From NCBI GenBank assembly GCA_977030845.1, contig OZ365119.1, positions 3,906,001 to 3,970,000 of the forward strand: a stretch of 64,000 nt of DNA, written 5' to 3'. This document shows positions 34,634 through 46,593 of this stretch, piece after piece. Position 1 is the stretch's first letter. The number at the start of each line of letters is the position of its first letter. The DNA comes from Fimbriosthenelais zetlandica. Taxonomy: Eukaryota. The notes under the pieces were generated by a model that was not told the DNA's origin, searched no databases, and saw only the letters and a program-made list of their open reading frames with translations. The translations under genes and the position numbers were made by a program.

Positions 34634-34888
34634 CTATTCCCTTTCTTGCTGACTGACACAGTTCCTCGGCAGCAGCCCGCAGCACACGTTTTCAGCTGCT
34701 GTTGCCATGTCCCGGCAATTGCCACATCGGCACCAGTCTGGCTGCTCTGGGGTGGTAGGTGTGGGTGTTCCATTCAGGGTATAATACCCAGCCATCGTCT
34801 CAAACATAAGAAACGCGACAGTAGGGTCGCGTCTTATGAACAGGCCGATGAACCTGCTTCTGTCCGACTCAGTCAATTCTTCTGCCAT
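34634..34888 (-). pseudogene. P2X7 ballast / nanor-like Cys-rich zinc-binding domain fragment
   Basis: PDWCRCGNCRDMATAAENVCC matches the WCxCGxC...ExxCC motif; acceptor ttctcttttag just upstream; C-terminal half not found. Confidence 0.7.
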
Positions 34889-34949
34889 GTTCTAAAAGAG
34901 AACAGGAACCACATAGTCCTAAAAAGGACTCCCCCCTGGTTAAATAAAT

Positions 34950-35340
34950 GGTTCTGGTTTAGTATGGCAGGTTTAGGATGTCGGTAGTTACATCGCTGTA
35001 GGACGACCCTGAGGGTCAGGGTTTGGCAGGTTTAGTATGGCGGGACTCACATCCCTGTAGGACGTTGAGGTTCAGGATTTGACAGGTATAACATAACATG
35101 CATGATGTCACTATGACGTTGAGGTTCAGGATTTGGCAGGTCTATCACATCACGTGTGATGTCACTGTTGGACGTTGAGGTTCAGGATTTGGCAGGTCTA
35201 TCACATCACGTGTGATGTCACTGTATGACGTTGAGGGTCAGGATTTGGCAGGTCTATCATAACACGCGTGACATCACTGTATGACGTTGAGGGTCAGGAT
35301 TTGGCAGGTCTATCACATCACGCGTGACGTCACTGTAGGA
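34950..35340. repeat. 56-bp minisatellite (GACGTTGAGGGTCAGGATTTGGCAGGTCTATCACATCACG...)
   Basis: GACGTT at 35115, 35171, 35227, 35283; older diverged units to the left. Confidence 0.92.
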
Positions 35341-35619
35341 CATTGCTGTCTTATTGAAAACATGACAATATCGATTCTTTTTACTAAGAAGCGATTGGAC
35401 GTTACTGCGGGTATCAGGTTTCCTTATCCTGATTTTGCCTACTCCTCTTTTTGTCCATATTTTTCCATTATAGTATTACCTTTTAGTTAGGTTTCGGTTG
35501 GGCCCACAACATGTATGCAGTCCTTAGATGTGAAACGAGGGAACTGAGCTTCTGTGAGAGATGAGTTTCAGTATTGTTTGTTCCTGTGTGCTGCCAATTG
35601 TGTTGTTGTGGACTCCATC

Positions 35620-38265
35620 AAACTATACCAGGTCAATGCCTCCTTTTGCTGGTCTATTTTGTTAAGTTCGTCCTATTATATACAAAAGTTGGTATATAAA
35701 GATTACCCAATATATAAAATACTTACTCTGGGGTTCGTAGTACAACTAGTACAGTGAATCCATATTAGGTCAGGAAGAATATTCCTACAATCATCCCAAT
35801 CATTTTCACCATCTGTAGTTCAGCCTTCCTTTGTGGAATCTGAATATCCATGACCAGTGATGGCCATGTCATAGCTTGTGTTTGAAGGAAGAGATATTGA
35901 GGGTCAGCCCCTTTTGATCATACTTGTGATCAAACATCCTAAATTACATTTTTATTTCATTTCAAGACACTTTACAAATAATACCACCATTCAGTTCGTC
36001 CTATTATATACACAAATTATTCTTTAAAAATTACCCAATATATAAAATACTTACTCTGAGGTTCATAGTACAACTAGTACAATGAACCCATATTAGGTCA
36101 GGAAGAATATTCCTACAATCATCCCAATCATTTTCACCATCTGTAGCTCAGTTTTCCCCCGTGGAATCTGATCATCCATGGGGTTGGCCAGTGAGGACCA
36201 TGTCATAGCTTGTGTTTAAAAGAAAAAAGTGTTGAGGGTCAGTCTCCTTCTCTCTCCCGAACAAAAAGTGAATAATAACAATATTATACGCAAAATTTGA
36301 AACATCACACTTACATTATGCCTAACTATTTACTGTACTTGGTTGAACACCAGCCGGTTCTTTTCCAAATGCGGCCCGCTCCCATCCCTCTCGCTTGTGT
36401 AGAAACTGTCGTATTCCTCCCAGTTGTGCCCTCGTCTGAGTTTTGCTATTACTCCTTTTATCTATGTAGGTTTCTCTGCAATATGCTCCAAACACATCCT
36501 TCTCTGTCGGGTTCTCCATGGTTAATGTAGCGGCTATACAGTAGTCTAGGGCGGGAGGCACCAATTTGCATATTGCTTGCGCAGAACGGAAATGACGTTA
36601 AATTGGTAAACTGCGCACCATCCAAACGCTGCGCTCCATCAAACTATACCAAGTCAATGCCTCCTTTTGCTGGTCTATTTGTTTAAGTTCGTCCTATTAT
36701 ATACAAAAGTTAGTATATATAAAAATTACCCAATATATAAAATACTTACTCTGAGGTTCATAGTACAACTAGTACAATGAACCCATTTGATGATAGATGT
36801 CTTGTCTGCACCTTTGCAGAACCATATATTACGTGAGGAAGAATATTCCGACAATGATTCCAATCATTTTCACCATCTGTACCTTCGCGTTCCTCCGTTG
36901 AATCTGAGCATCCATGGGGTTGGCCAATGAGGGCCATGTCATAGCTTGTGTTTGAAGGAAGAGATATTGAGGGTCAGCCCCTTTTGATCATACTTGTGAT
37001 CAAACATCCTAAATTACATTTTTATTTCATTTCAAGACACTTTACAAATAATACCACCATTCAGTTCGTCCTATTATATACACAAATTATTCTTTAAAAA
37101 TTACCCAATATATAAAATACTTACTCTGAGGTTCATAGTACAACTAGTACAGTGAACCCATATTAGGTCAGGAAGAATATTCCTACAATGATCCCAATCA
37201 TTTTCACCATCTGTAGCTCAGTTTTCCCCCGTGGAATCTGATCATCCATGGGGTTGGCCAGTGAGGACCATGTCATAGCTTGTGTTTAAAAGAAAAAAAT
37301 GTTGAGGGTCAGTCTCCTTCTCTCTCCCGAACAAAAAGTGAATAATAACAATATTATACGCAAAATTTGAAACATCACACTTCCATTATGCCTAACTATT
37401 TACTGTACTTGGTTGAACACCAGCCGGTTCTTTTCCAAATGCGGCCCGCTCCCATCCCTCTCGCTTGTGTAGAAACTGTCGTATTCCTCCCAGTTGTGCC
37501 CTCGTCTGAGTTTTGCTATTACTCCTTTTATCTATGTAGGTTTCTCTGCAATATGCTCCAAACACATCCTTCTCTGTCGGCTTCTCCATGGTTAATGTAG
37601 CGGCTATACAGTAGTCTAGGGCGGGAGGCACCAATTTGCATATTGCTTGCGCAGAACGGAAATGACGTTAAATTGGTAAACTGCGCACCATCCAAACGCT
37701 GCGCTCCATCAAACTATACCAAGTCAATGCCTCCTTTTGCTGGTCTATTTGTTTAAGTTCGTCCTATTATATACAAAAGTTAGTATATATAAAGATTACC
37801 CAATATATAAAATACTTACTCTGAGGTTCATAGTACAACTAGTACAATGAACCCATTTGATGATAGATGTCTTGTCTGCACCTTTGCAGAACCATATATT
37901 ACGTGAGGAAGAATATTCCGACAATGATTCCAATCATTTTCACCATCTGTACCTTCGCGTTCCTCCGTTGAATCTGAGCATCCATGGGGTTGGCCAATGA
38001 GGGCCATGTCATAGCTTGTGTTTGAAGGAAGAGATATTGAGGGTCAGCCCCTTTTGATCATACTTGTGATCAAACATCCTAAATTACATTTTTATTTCAT
38101 TTCAAGACACTTTACAAAATTATTAATACCACCATTCAGTTCGTCCTATTATATACTCAAATTATTCTTTAAAAATTACCCAATATATAAAATACTTACT
38201 CTGAGGTTCATAGTACAACTAGTACAATGAACCCATTTGATGATAGATGTCTTGTCTGCATCTTT
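35620..38265. repeat. 1070-bp tandem array, about 2.5 near-identical copies, each with two related sub-blocks
   Basis: Near-identical ORFs offset by exactly 1070 bp (36297/37367; 36322/37392). Confidence 0.95.
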
Positions 38266-38695
38266 ATCGGTGGTTTTGATATATTATTTGATATATTTGG
38301 TATATTCTACCAACTAAGTGTCAAAGAATGTTCTTCCATGCAAACACATTTTATTTCAATCATGCATTTGGATTCCAAAGATTAATCCAATATGAAATCT
38401 TGCCAAAGGTCGACAAGCTCTGGATAATCAACTTACCATTGCTCATTCTTGCTAGTTTTTATGTCCACAATAAAAACGGTAGGGTGACAAGCTGTTGGCA
38501 TTTTTTGCCCTACTATTGGTCATAGCTAGAAGCTATCCCTTGTACTGGGGTTATTGTAGCCCCTGTTCCATACTTTCCTTGCTATCCCCTCCTCTGTGAT
38601 CATTTTGTACCAGGGTCTTGGCTCGCACATTGCTTGAAATTGTGTTTTTTTCAGTTCGTTACTATTTCATGATTACCATATACATGAAATACTTA

Positions 38696-38785
38696 CTCTG
38701 AACTCTAGAACAATGAACCCATGTGGGATATAGGTCAGGAAGAATATGCCTACAATCAGTCCAATCATTTTTGCCATTTGTAGCA
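38696..38785 (-). pseudogene. Class-A GPCR TM6 exon relic
   Basis: LQMAKMIGLIVGIFFLTYIPHGFIVLEFR followed by donor gtaagt; degraded copies lie inside the 1070-bp array. Confidence 0.5.
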
Positions 38786-41205
38786 GGAAGAATATTCCAA
38801 TTATTACAAATATTACATTTGTTATCCGCAGCGATATTTGGGTTCTATTAGCAAGTGGAGGGATGCTTAGCTACACTTACGTTCAAGTAGAGTATGTAAT
38901 ATTACCATTATAGAAGAGACAAGAGATCAGTTAGTTTCAAGTAGTTTTATTTCGGTTTGGGGAAAAAATAATGCGATATTTTATAGGATAGATAAATGTC
39001 AGTGTCCTTGGTTATAGGTCTAGTAATTGTCATGTTTGGGTGATGGCACAGGCACCAAGCCCCCACAGCCAGCACCCAGATACTCGCAAGAGTAAGTGAT
39101 TATTCCAGTCATTTTCGCCTATTCCCAGACCTTCTTTTTGCTGATTTTGGACCTCTGATTGAGAATGGGAATGTATCAGGGTTCAGGTCGGTGAAGTGAG
39201 TTCTCTTTCTGAGGAAAAGACTTACATCTACCTTGACCATTTTTTCCTTTGAACTGCCTGAAAGCATTCGCTCTAGCATTTGCATTATGGACGTACCAAA
39301 ATAGCATCCGGGTTGTTTATTTTTGCAATGATGCACTTGTACAGGTTGTTCATAGTCAGAGGGGCATCTTGCATCTCAACGTGGTCATTCTCCTGAAGGG
39401 ACACCATGGTTGCGATACCCCACATCGCACATCTGAACTCAACTATTCCTTTTATGTCGAGAGAGAGAGAGACATCTGTTTTTTTTGGCTTGGATAAAAA
39501 TGGGAATGCATCAGGTTTGAGGTCATCCCCCCTTCTGATCATAATTCCGATCAAACATCCTTGTCATACTATTTTTTTGTCCTATCTCTTGGTACATATT
39601 AAAGTCACATTTGAGTGGCTCCGGTGGTGTAAAATTTGGAGCAGGTTCTTGTTGCTCCTCTAGGGCATTAGAAAAGATGTCACTATCGTTCTTTAGGCCT
39701 ATGTCTGATACTGTGGGTGATGAAATGTCGAGTAGTCTTTTGTCTGGAGTGGATGTTTTTCCAAACAATTTGTCCTTAGCCCTGGTGACAATATTACCAT
39801 CCAACTTTGTTAGTCTCCTCACAGAGTCGTTGAACTGCTGGAATTTCGACTGACTCATTATTATTGAGATGTTTTAGAGATAATCATGGCCAATAGGGAA
39901 AACCCATTCCATGGGTCGTTTCACCTGTATGAGGCATGGAGGGGACTCCAGGCACCCATGCTATCATCCCATCCATAGTCCACTCAGTCACATACTAATT
40001 CCACCAGAGATTACATGGTTGTAAAATAAAGGTAAAAACCGGAGGGGAACCTCGAGGGTAGCAAATTCTCAAGATTAAAACGTTCCTTGATCGAAATAAT
40101 GCCATGTTTAATTCCAGTGTGTGGTGGGTGGGAGGGGAGGGGGGAGGGTATTCCGCATCAGTCAAAAATTAAATGTTACTTACCTTTAGCTTCGCCTCCT
40201 CTTCCGGGGTTCTCATCGTTAAAGGCGTGCCCTTCTGGTGGAGATATCTGAAGGTATCTCCACCAGATGTTATGAGTGAGGTTCGACTATTATCGTGAAT
40301 GAATATGGAGTTGTGATATGAGAGAGAGGGGAGCAGATACAACTCGGACACCAGAGACTTGTCTACTCTACTTAATATTAAACATAAGATCGTTCAGCAT
40401 TAACCATAAAGATCGTTCAATATTAAGCATAAATAATCCTTTTATTTCTACATACCGGTAATATATTTTTTTTTATAGATACAAGTATCCTTTGACATTC
40501 ACGTAGTTATTTTGTAAGGACATGTGAAATCCTTCGATATGGACTGAGTGAGTGTTCCGTGTGTTGTAATTAATCCACTCTCTGAGTTGTGTTTCTCAGG
40601 GAATAGCGGTGCTCCGGGTGTAAAGGCCTCTTCACCTTCCTCATGTCCCAATGCTACACCAACATTTAAGTTTGAAATTAAAAGGCTTAGTAGGCATGTG
40701 GTAGACAATTATAGTCGATCACTCCCCTGGTCATTGGGAATGGCGTCATCCGTCTCTGGGTCCATAGCCACCGACGGCGACGTCCTCAGTGGAGTATAGC
40801 ACCAGGCCCCGCACTTTAATTAAGAAAGAGAAATAATAATAATAATACAAATAAATCAGAGCCCATCAAACATAAGCCATGAGCAGAGCTCCCCTGGCCA
40901 TTGAGCGTGGCGCCATCCGTTTCAGAGAAAGGCATCAAGTACACAACCACAATCATACCTAGTTTTAACACACGGGATCATAAAATTGTCGGAAATAAAT
41001 TGATCCCAATTTAGATCCCGTTTGTAATTCCAAAAGTGTGTAGGTAGTTGGTATACCCATATTGTCATATGGTGCACCCGCATGCAGCATGGCAAGGCTG
41101 TTGTAACGTTAAAGTCAATGCAAGTACTCCATGAGTATAGTAACATCTTGCAAGATAATATAATCCCGGCACTGACCGATGTGGGACTGGAACAGTCAAA
41201 GTGTA

Positions 41206-41632
41206 TGATGGGTTCCCCTTGGTCATCAGATTGCCAAAAACCATAAATGTGCCGCTAAAGTATCAGGCCATGGTGCGAGGGGCCTGCAACACCCCCAGCA
41301 CCCTAGTAGCCATTATATTTGCCCGCCATCCAGATGCCATGGGCTGCGCCATTTGATGGCCTTATCCCCATCGACGGCCAAGCTTAAGTAAGTGGTATAC
41401 CCATATTGTCTATGATCGAATTTATTAGGGGCAATAAGATTATAACTTACTTAAGCTTGGCCGTCGATGGGGATAAGGCCATCAAATGGCGCAGCCCATG
41501 GCATCTGGATGGCGGGCAAATATAATGGCTACTAGGGTGCTGGGGGTGTTGCAGGCCCCTCGCACCATGGCCTGATACTTTAGCGGCACATTTATGGTTT
41601 TTGGCAATCTGATGACCAAGGGGAACCCATCA
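41206..41632. repeat. Perfect 188-bp inverted repeat with 51-bp spacer, plus a second 138-bp inverted arm (41073-41210 / 41705-41842)
   Basis: Arms 41206-41393 and 41445-41632 read as reverse complements; the spacer is repeated at 41655-41705. Confidence 0.95.
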
Positions 41633-41844
41633 GTCACATCTTGTAACGGTGCCGCCCATATTGTCTATGATCGAATTTATTAGGGGCAATAAGATTATAA
41701 CTTACATCATACACTTTGACTGTTCCAGTCCCACATCGGTCAGTGCCGGGATTATATTATCTTGCAAGATGTTACTATACTCATGGAGTACTTGCATTGA
41801 CTTTAACGTTACAACAGCCTTGCCATGCTGCATGCGGGTGCAGA

Positions 41845-43075
41845 TTTATCTTTGAATGAGAAACACCCAACAAACCTTCTTCCATGCCTTCCATCCTATC
41901 AATCCAGCCACGATCAGACAGATAACAATAGTGAGCCATGACACCGCATTGGTGGTGACATGACATTGTTCCTCGAAGTCTGAGGGCACGTGTGTTGGCC
42001 TATTGATTGTTTTGACATCGACAGGGTTGACGTTCAAGGTACTGAGGTTGAATATGCGGGGGGCCATACGTGAAGAAGACTCTGTATAAAAGAATGCAGC
42101 ATGCCAGGGTGTTAAGAATAGTAAGAATGTAGAACAAAACATTAATGTATGGGTGGTTAGTTGTGTCATATAACAAACACTGCCGATTATATAGATCAAT
42201 CCTTTTACTTTCTTAACTTTTACCTCAACATTTTACTTTTATCTACATACTTCTTTTAACCCTGTTGATTTCATCTTGATGGTTTTGGTACTAGTGTTTC
42301 AATATTAATTGTTTGATAACACATGTCTCGCCATGAATATAGCCTTTAGAAGCTGGCATGGCGTTAAATCACCATTCATTCATTCATTCATTTCTTTGAA
42401 TGAGAAACACCAACAAACCTTATTCCATGCCTTCCATGCGATGCATGCGATTAGGATGACACAAATTACAATCGTGAGCCATGACACCGGATTGGTTGTG
42501 ACATGGCATTGTTCCTCGAAGTCTGAGGGCATGTGTGTTGGCCTGTTGATTGTTTTGACATCGACAGGGTTGACGTTCAAGGTACTAATGTTGAATGCCC
42601 CGGGGGCCATACTTCAAGAGGACTTGCACTCTGTATAAAAGAATGCAGCATGCCAGGGTGTTAAGAATAGTAAGAATGTAGAACAAAATATTTATATATG
42701 GGTGGTTAGTAGTGTCATATAACAAACACTGCCGATTATATAGATCAATCCTTTTACTTTCTTAACTTTTACCTCAACATTTTACTTTTATCTACATACT
42801 TCTTTTAACCCTATTGATTTCATCTTGATGGTTTTGGTACTAGTGTTTAAATATTAATTGTTTGATAAAATATGTCTCGCCATGAAGATAGCCTTTAGAA
42901 GCTGGCATGGCGTTAAATCACCATTCATTCATTCATTCATTTCTTTGAATGAGAAACGCCAACAAACCTTATTCCATGCCTTCCATGCGATGCATGCGAT
43001 TAGGATGACACAAATTACAATCGTGAGCCATGACACCAAGAATGCAGCATGCCAGGTTGTTAAGAATAGTAAGGA
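41845..43075 (-). repeat. 549-bp tandem array (about 2.3 units) encoding a small single-pass membrane ORF
   Basis: 549-bp offset (42309/42858); ORFs MAPRIFNLS...SWLTIVICLIVAGLIGWKAWKKVC and MAPGAFNIS...SWLTIVICVILIACIAWKAWNKVC. Confidence 0.85.
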
Positions 43076-43104
43076 GGTGATATTGCGTCGTCATTGCAGG
43101 CACA

Positions 43105-43560
43105 TAATCATCTTTGCCTGTGGCCTCATGTAGTTTGGGTATGTTTTGTCATAGAAGTCGGGATGTTCTTTGACAGAATCAGCAAGGGTGTGGTCGCTGG
43201 CCTCTGTCTAGGTGTACTCTGGCACAAGTTTCTTTGATGGTCGCTCCCTTTTGCTTGGCCTTGGCTGCTCGTCTCTTGTGGAGGCGGTGGAGGACGCAGG
43301 AGAAGGTTCCCTCTGCCTTCTCTTCCCATCTTCTTCTGGCGCTGCCTGGTGCTGGTACTGGTTGCTGCTCTTCTTCAGGCTGGGGCTTTTGTCTCTGACT
43401 GTGGCACTTCTGGTTCTGGCAATTCTGGTTCTGGCACTTCAGGCTGTTCTGGTTCGGCTACTCTTTCTTCTTCCTCTTGTCTGTGCTGCTCTTCCCCTGC
43501 CCCTTCCCCAGGGTGCCTTCTTCTTGGGGCTGGTTTTCTTTTTCACAGGCATGTCGCTGA
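43105..43560 (-). pseudogene. Low-complexity region plus MADF/Myb-like domain start (Harbinger accessory-gene-like relic)
   Basis: TLADSVKEHPDFYDKTYPNY resembles the MADF N-terminus (L...V...P.LYDK...Y); in-frame stops upstream. Confidence 0.45.
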
Positions 43561-45438
43561 AGATGTCGGCGAATATATCAATATGAATAATTATGTGGTA
43601 GATATACATGCTCTGAGTGAATGCCTGAGATGTTGTGTGGAATGGTATATATAATAATATGGATTATATTTAGATTATAAACTTAAACAAATTGAAAAGG
43701 AAAGAAAGAAAAATGGAGCTCCATGATATGCCCGAGTGAGATAATCTTTAGATATTTTACAAATAGGATAAGTGTTTAGTTTATCAATGTAAGTGCCAAA
43801 TGTACTTGTACAAAGTTAAGCCTTGCATCACTTTGCAATGTTTAGCCTGATCCACTCCTTCGTACCTCTTGATGGACTAGGTCCTTGACTAACTGCTTAT
43901 AATACCCCTTGGTCAACCTATCCATGCCTGTGTACCCTGCTTTCCCCTTTCACATTTTACCATATTTTAACGTTATTTTTCTATATTTAATTTACAACTT
44001 TTCATCAAATCGATGTACAGTGTCATCTCGCTATCCCCATGTACATCTATGATGATGAGACTATGAAGTTGGTTGTTCATGAGTACTTACCCTATCCTTA
44101 GTCTGTTTGATGACTGAGCGCATATCCCCAGCGCAGATCCCCAGCGCAGATCCCCAGCGCAGATCCCCAGGTTCACTTTCACCTAATGAATAATAGAAAT
44201 GAATTATGAAAAAATGAAAAAAAATGGCTTCACTACAAAGACAGAAATGATGAACTGATGTTAAAATCTATTATCTCTACTGTTGTAACATCTGTCCTCT
44301 GTAGATAGACATGCTCTGAGTTGTTGTGTGGAATGGTATAGAATAATATAGATTATATTTAGATTATAAACTTAAACAAATTGAAAAGAAAAGGAGAAAA
44401 ATGGAGCTCCATGATTTTAAAATGTACACTGAGAACAATAGACAAGGAAAAACAATTAAAAACAAAAACAAAAGTACAGAGTAGATGGGACGTATACATG
44501 TACATGCATTATTACTACAAGTGCTGTCCCAGATTTTCCTACTGTGTCTGTGACCAAATATTGATCAACATATATATGCCCGGTTATTCACCCCTGTGTC
44601 AAGTGTAGTGCCATGGTTGCATTAAAAAGGTGTTTGTATTGGACATTCAGGTACATATATATAATCTTGGCCCAACTTAAACAATGAAGCTTGCCCTACT
44701 TAACTTTGAACTTGAATAAGTCGCAAAAACCATGACCTGCAGATCAAAACTTAATTATTCATGATTGTTTTGCGGCCTTGTCTAGTCAAGTGTTCCAGTT
44801 CCATTCAAACCTCCCATTGTGCTTGGGGCATTTTAGTTTGGTAGAAGATATAAGAAGAAAGGAAATATCTGTCGATATTTTTCTTTTCAACATAACCTTG
44901 CACTGGTTTGATTCTTAACCTGCTTTGAAAATTGAAGGTATGTGGTTTTAAGTTGTAAACATTTTTAGTTTCAAATGTGCTTATCTTCTGGCACAGGTTC
45001 AAAATGAGCAAAGTATCAATTGATCCTCAATTTGCATATTTCTTACTTTGAAAAGTGTTGCTTCTAATAATTGATTAATCATTAATTTGGTTAAGTTAAA
45101 ATTAATGCAAAGTGATATTACATATATGAGGACATAGCTTGATAAATTTTCAGTCCTTAAAAATCAAAAAACAGCCCACTGTTCTTGTCTTATAAGTCAA
45201 GGTCTTGGATGGATTTCATTCTTTTTTTCTAAGTGATTATCATGAACCAACTCCACAATTAAGCACACCATTCTCTTGCTCACCTCAACCCAAAAGTAAC
45301 ACTACAATCACTTTAAAAACCTGCTGCCACCCAAGAAATACCCCCCCCCCCAACCCAACCCACTTCCAGCTTCGCTTAAGAATCCCACAGATTCCCAAAC
45401 CCTAAATCTGAATTTTTTTAATTTTTTTTTAAACAGCC

Positions 45439-46593
45439 ATGGACTGGGTTGGTATGGCCGGGACTTTGAGTCCCATTGAGTGGTCCCAGACTAACAGCAC
45501 ACCAGCTTGCCACCCTGGGAAAAGCCAAGAATGGTGCGAATGGTGCGAATGGTATGACATTTTCACTCACCGGGCAGATGTCCTACAAGACATCATGTAC
45601 CCGATCATTTCCATCACTGGCATTGTCCTAAACACCCTCAGCATCCTCATGATGCTCAAATCAAGCCTGAGACACAGATCCGTTGGGGTATACCTCCTCC
45701 TGCTCGCTATTTTCGATCTTGTCTTTTGCACATCAGGGCTCATTTTTGCTCTCTTCGAAGCTTCTGGAAACCGACAAGACGGGCGTGCGCTTTGTAAAAA
45801 ATGGACTTATATAGACATCCTCGCTCCAACTTGTAGTTCTTGGATGATTGTATCACTAACTTTAGAACGGTTGATCACTGTTGTTGCCCCTCAAAAAACA
45901 GCCAAAATATGTACCCGTAAAATGGCTTGGAAAATATCGGCAGGGATTGTTTTGGTGCTGGTACTTCTAAACACATACGCTTTGTTCATATATGATATCC
46001 CAGACGAACCAAATCCAGAATGTTTCCTGTCGGATAAATACAACAGCAACATGGTTGGGATTACTTTTGGAGTCCTGCACCTTTTGGTGTATTCCCTAGT
46101 ACCTACAGTTATTATCATTGTCAGTAATACTGTGTTGGTTAAGAAGGTCTGGGAGGCTGCCAAGGCTAGAAATGAGGATGAGAAAATCAGCAGTGAATCA
46201 AAACAGCTCATCTGTACTCTAGTGACAGTCAGTACTGTCTTTGTCGTCTTCACACTGCCCTTATCATGCTTTCTCATTTCGGATTTCATACCTGAACATT
46301 TACTTTATTACCCCAAAACACGAGAACTCTGGTTCACTATTTTGTCAATTTTGCTCTGTTTGAACCATGCCGTGAATTTCTTGCTCTATGTCATTGGTAG
46401 TCCAATCTTCAGGGCAGAATTCAAGTTTATCTTTTGTAACCGCTGTAGAAAGGAAACTGCTAATGTTGATGATGATATTGATATGACTTCGGTTGCCTCA
46501 GGTCGAAGTAATGTATCAGAGACTCGCTGGTCTGCTTATGAAGTACCTCCAGAAGATGCAGAAAATACAGACCAAAAAGAAACAAGATATTGA
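45439..46593 (+). CDS. Intronless class-A GPCR (FMRFamide/peptide-receptor-like orphan), copy 1
   Basis: Seven hydrophobic segments; GIVLNTLS (TM1), LAIFD (TM2), ERL (TM3), FTLP (TM6), NFLLY (TM7). Confidence 0.95.
   Translation: MDWVGMAGTLSPIEWSQTNSTPACHPGKSQEWCEWCEWYDIFTHRADVLQDIMYPIISITGIVLNTLSILMMLKSSLRHRSVGVYLLLLAIFDLVFCTSGLIFALFEASGNRQDGRALCKKWTYIDILAPTCSSWMIVSLTLERLITVVAPQKTAKICTRKMAWKISAGIVLVLVLLNTYALFIYDIPDEPNPECFLSDKYNSNMVGITFGVLHLLVYSLVPTVIIIVSNTVLVKKVWEAAKARNEDEKISSESKQLICTLVTVSTVFVVFTLPLSCFLISDFIPEHLLYYPKTRELWFTILSILLCLNHAVNFLLYVIGSPIFRAEFKFIFCNRCRKETANVDDDIDMTSVASGRSNVSETRWSAYEVPPEDAENTDQKETRY

Noticed and set aside
34950-35340. CRISPR-like array (also 59085-59225 and 60230-60445)
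   Set aside because: Contiguous units without unique spacers, no cas genes, eukaryotic context.
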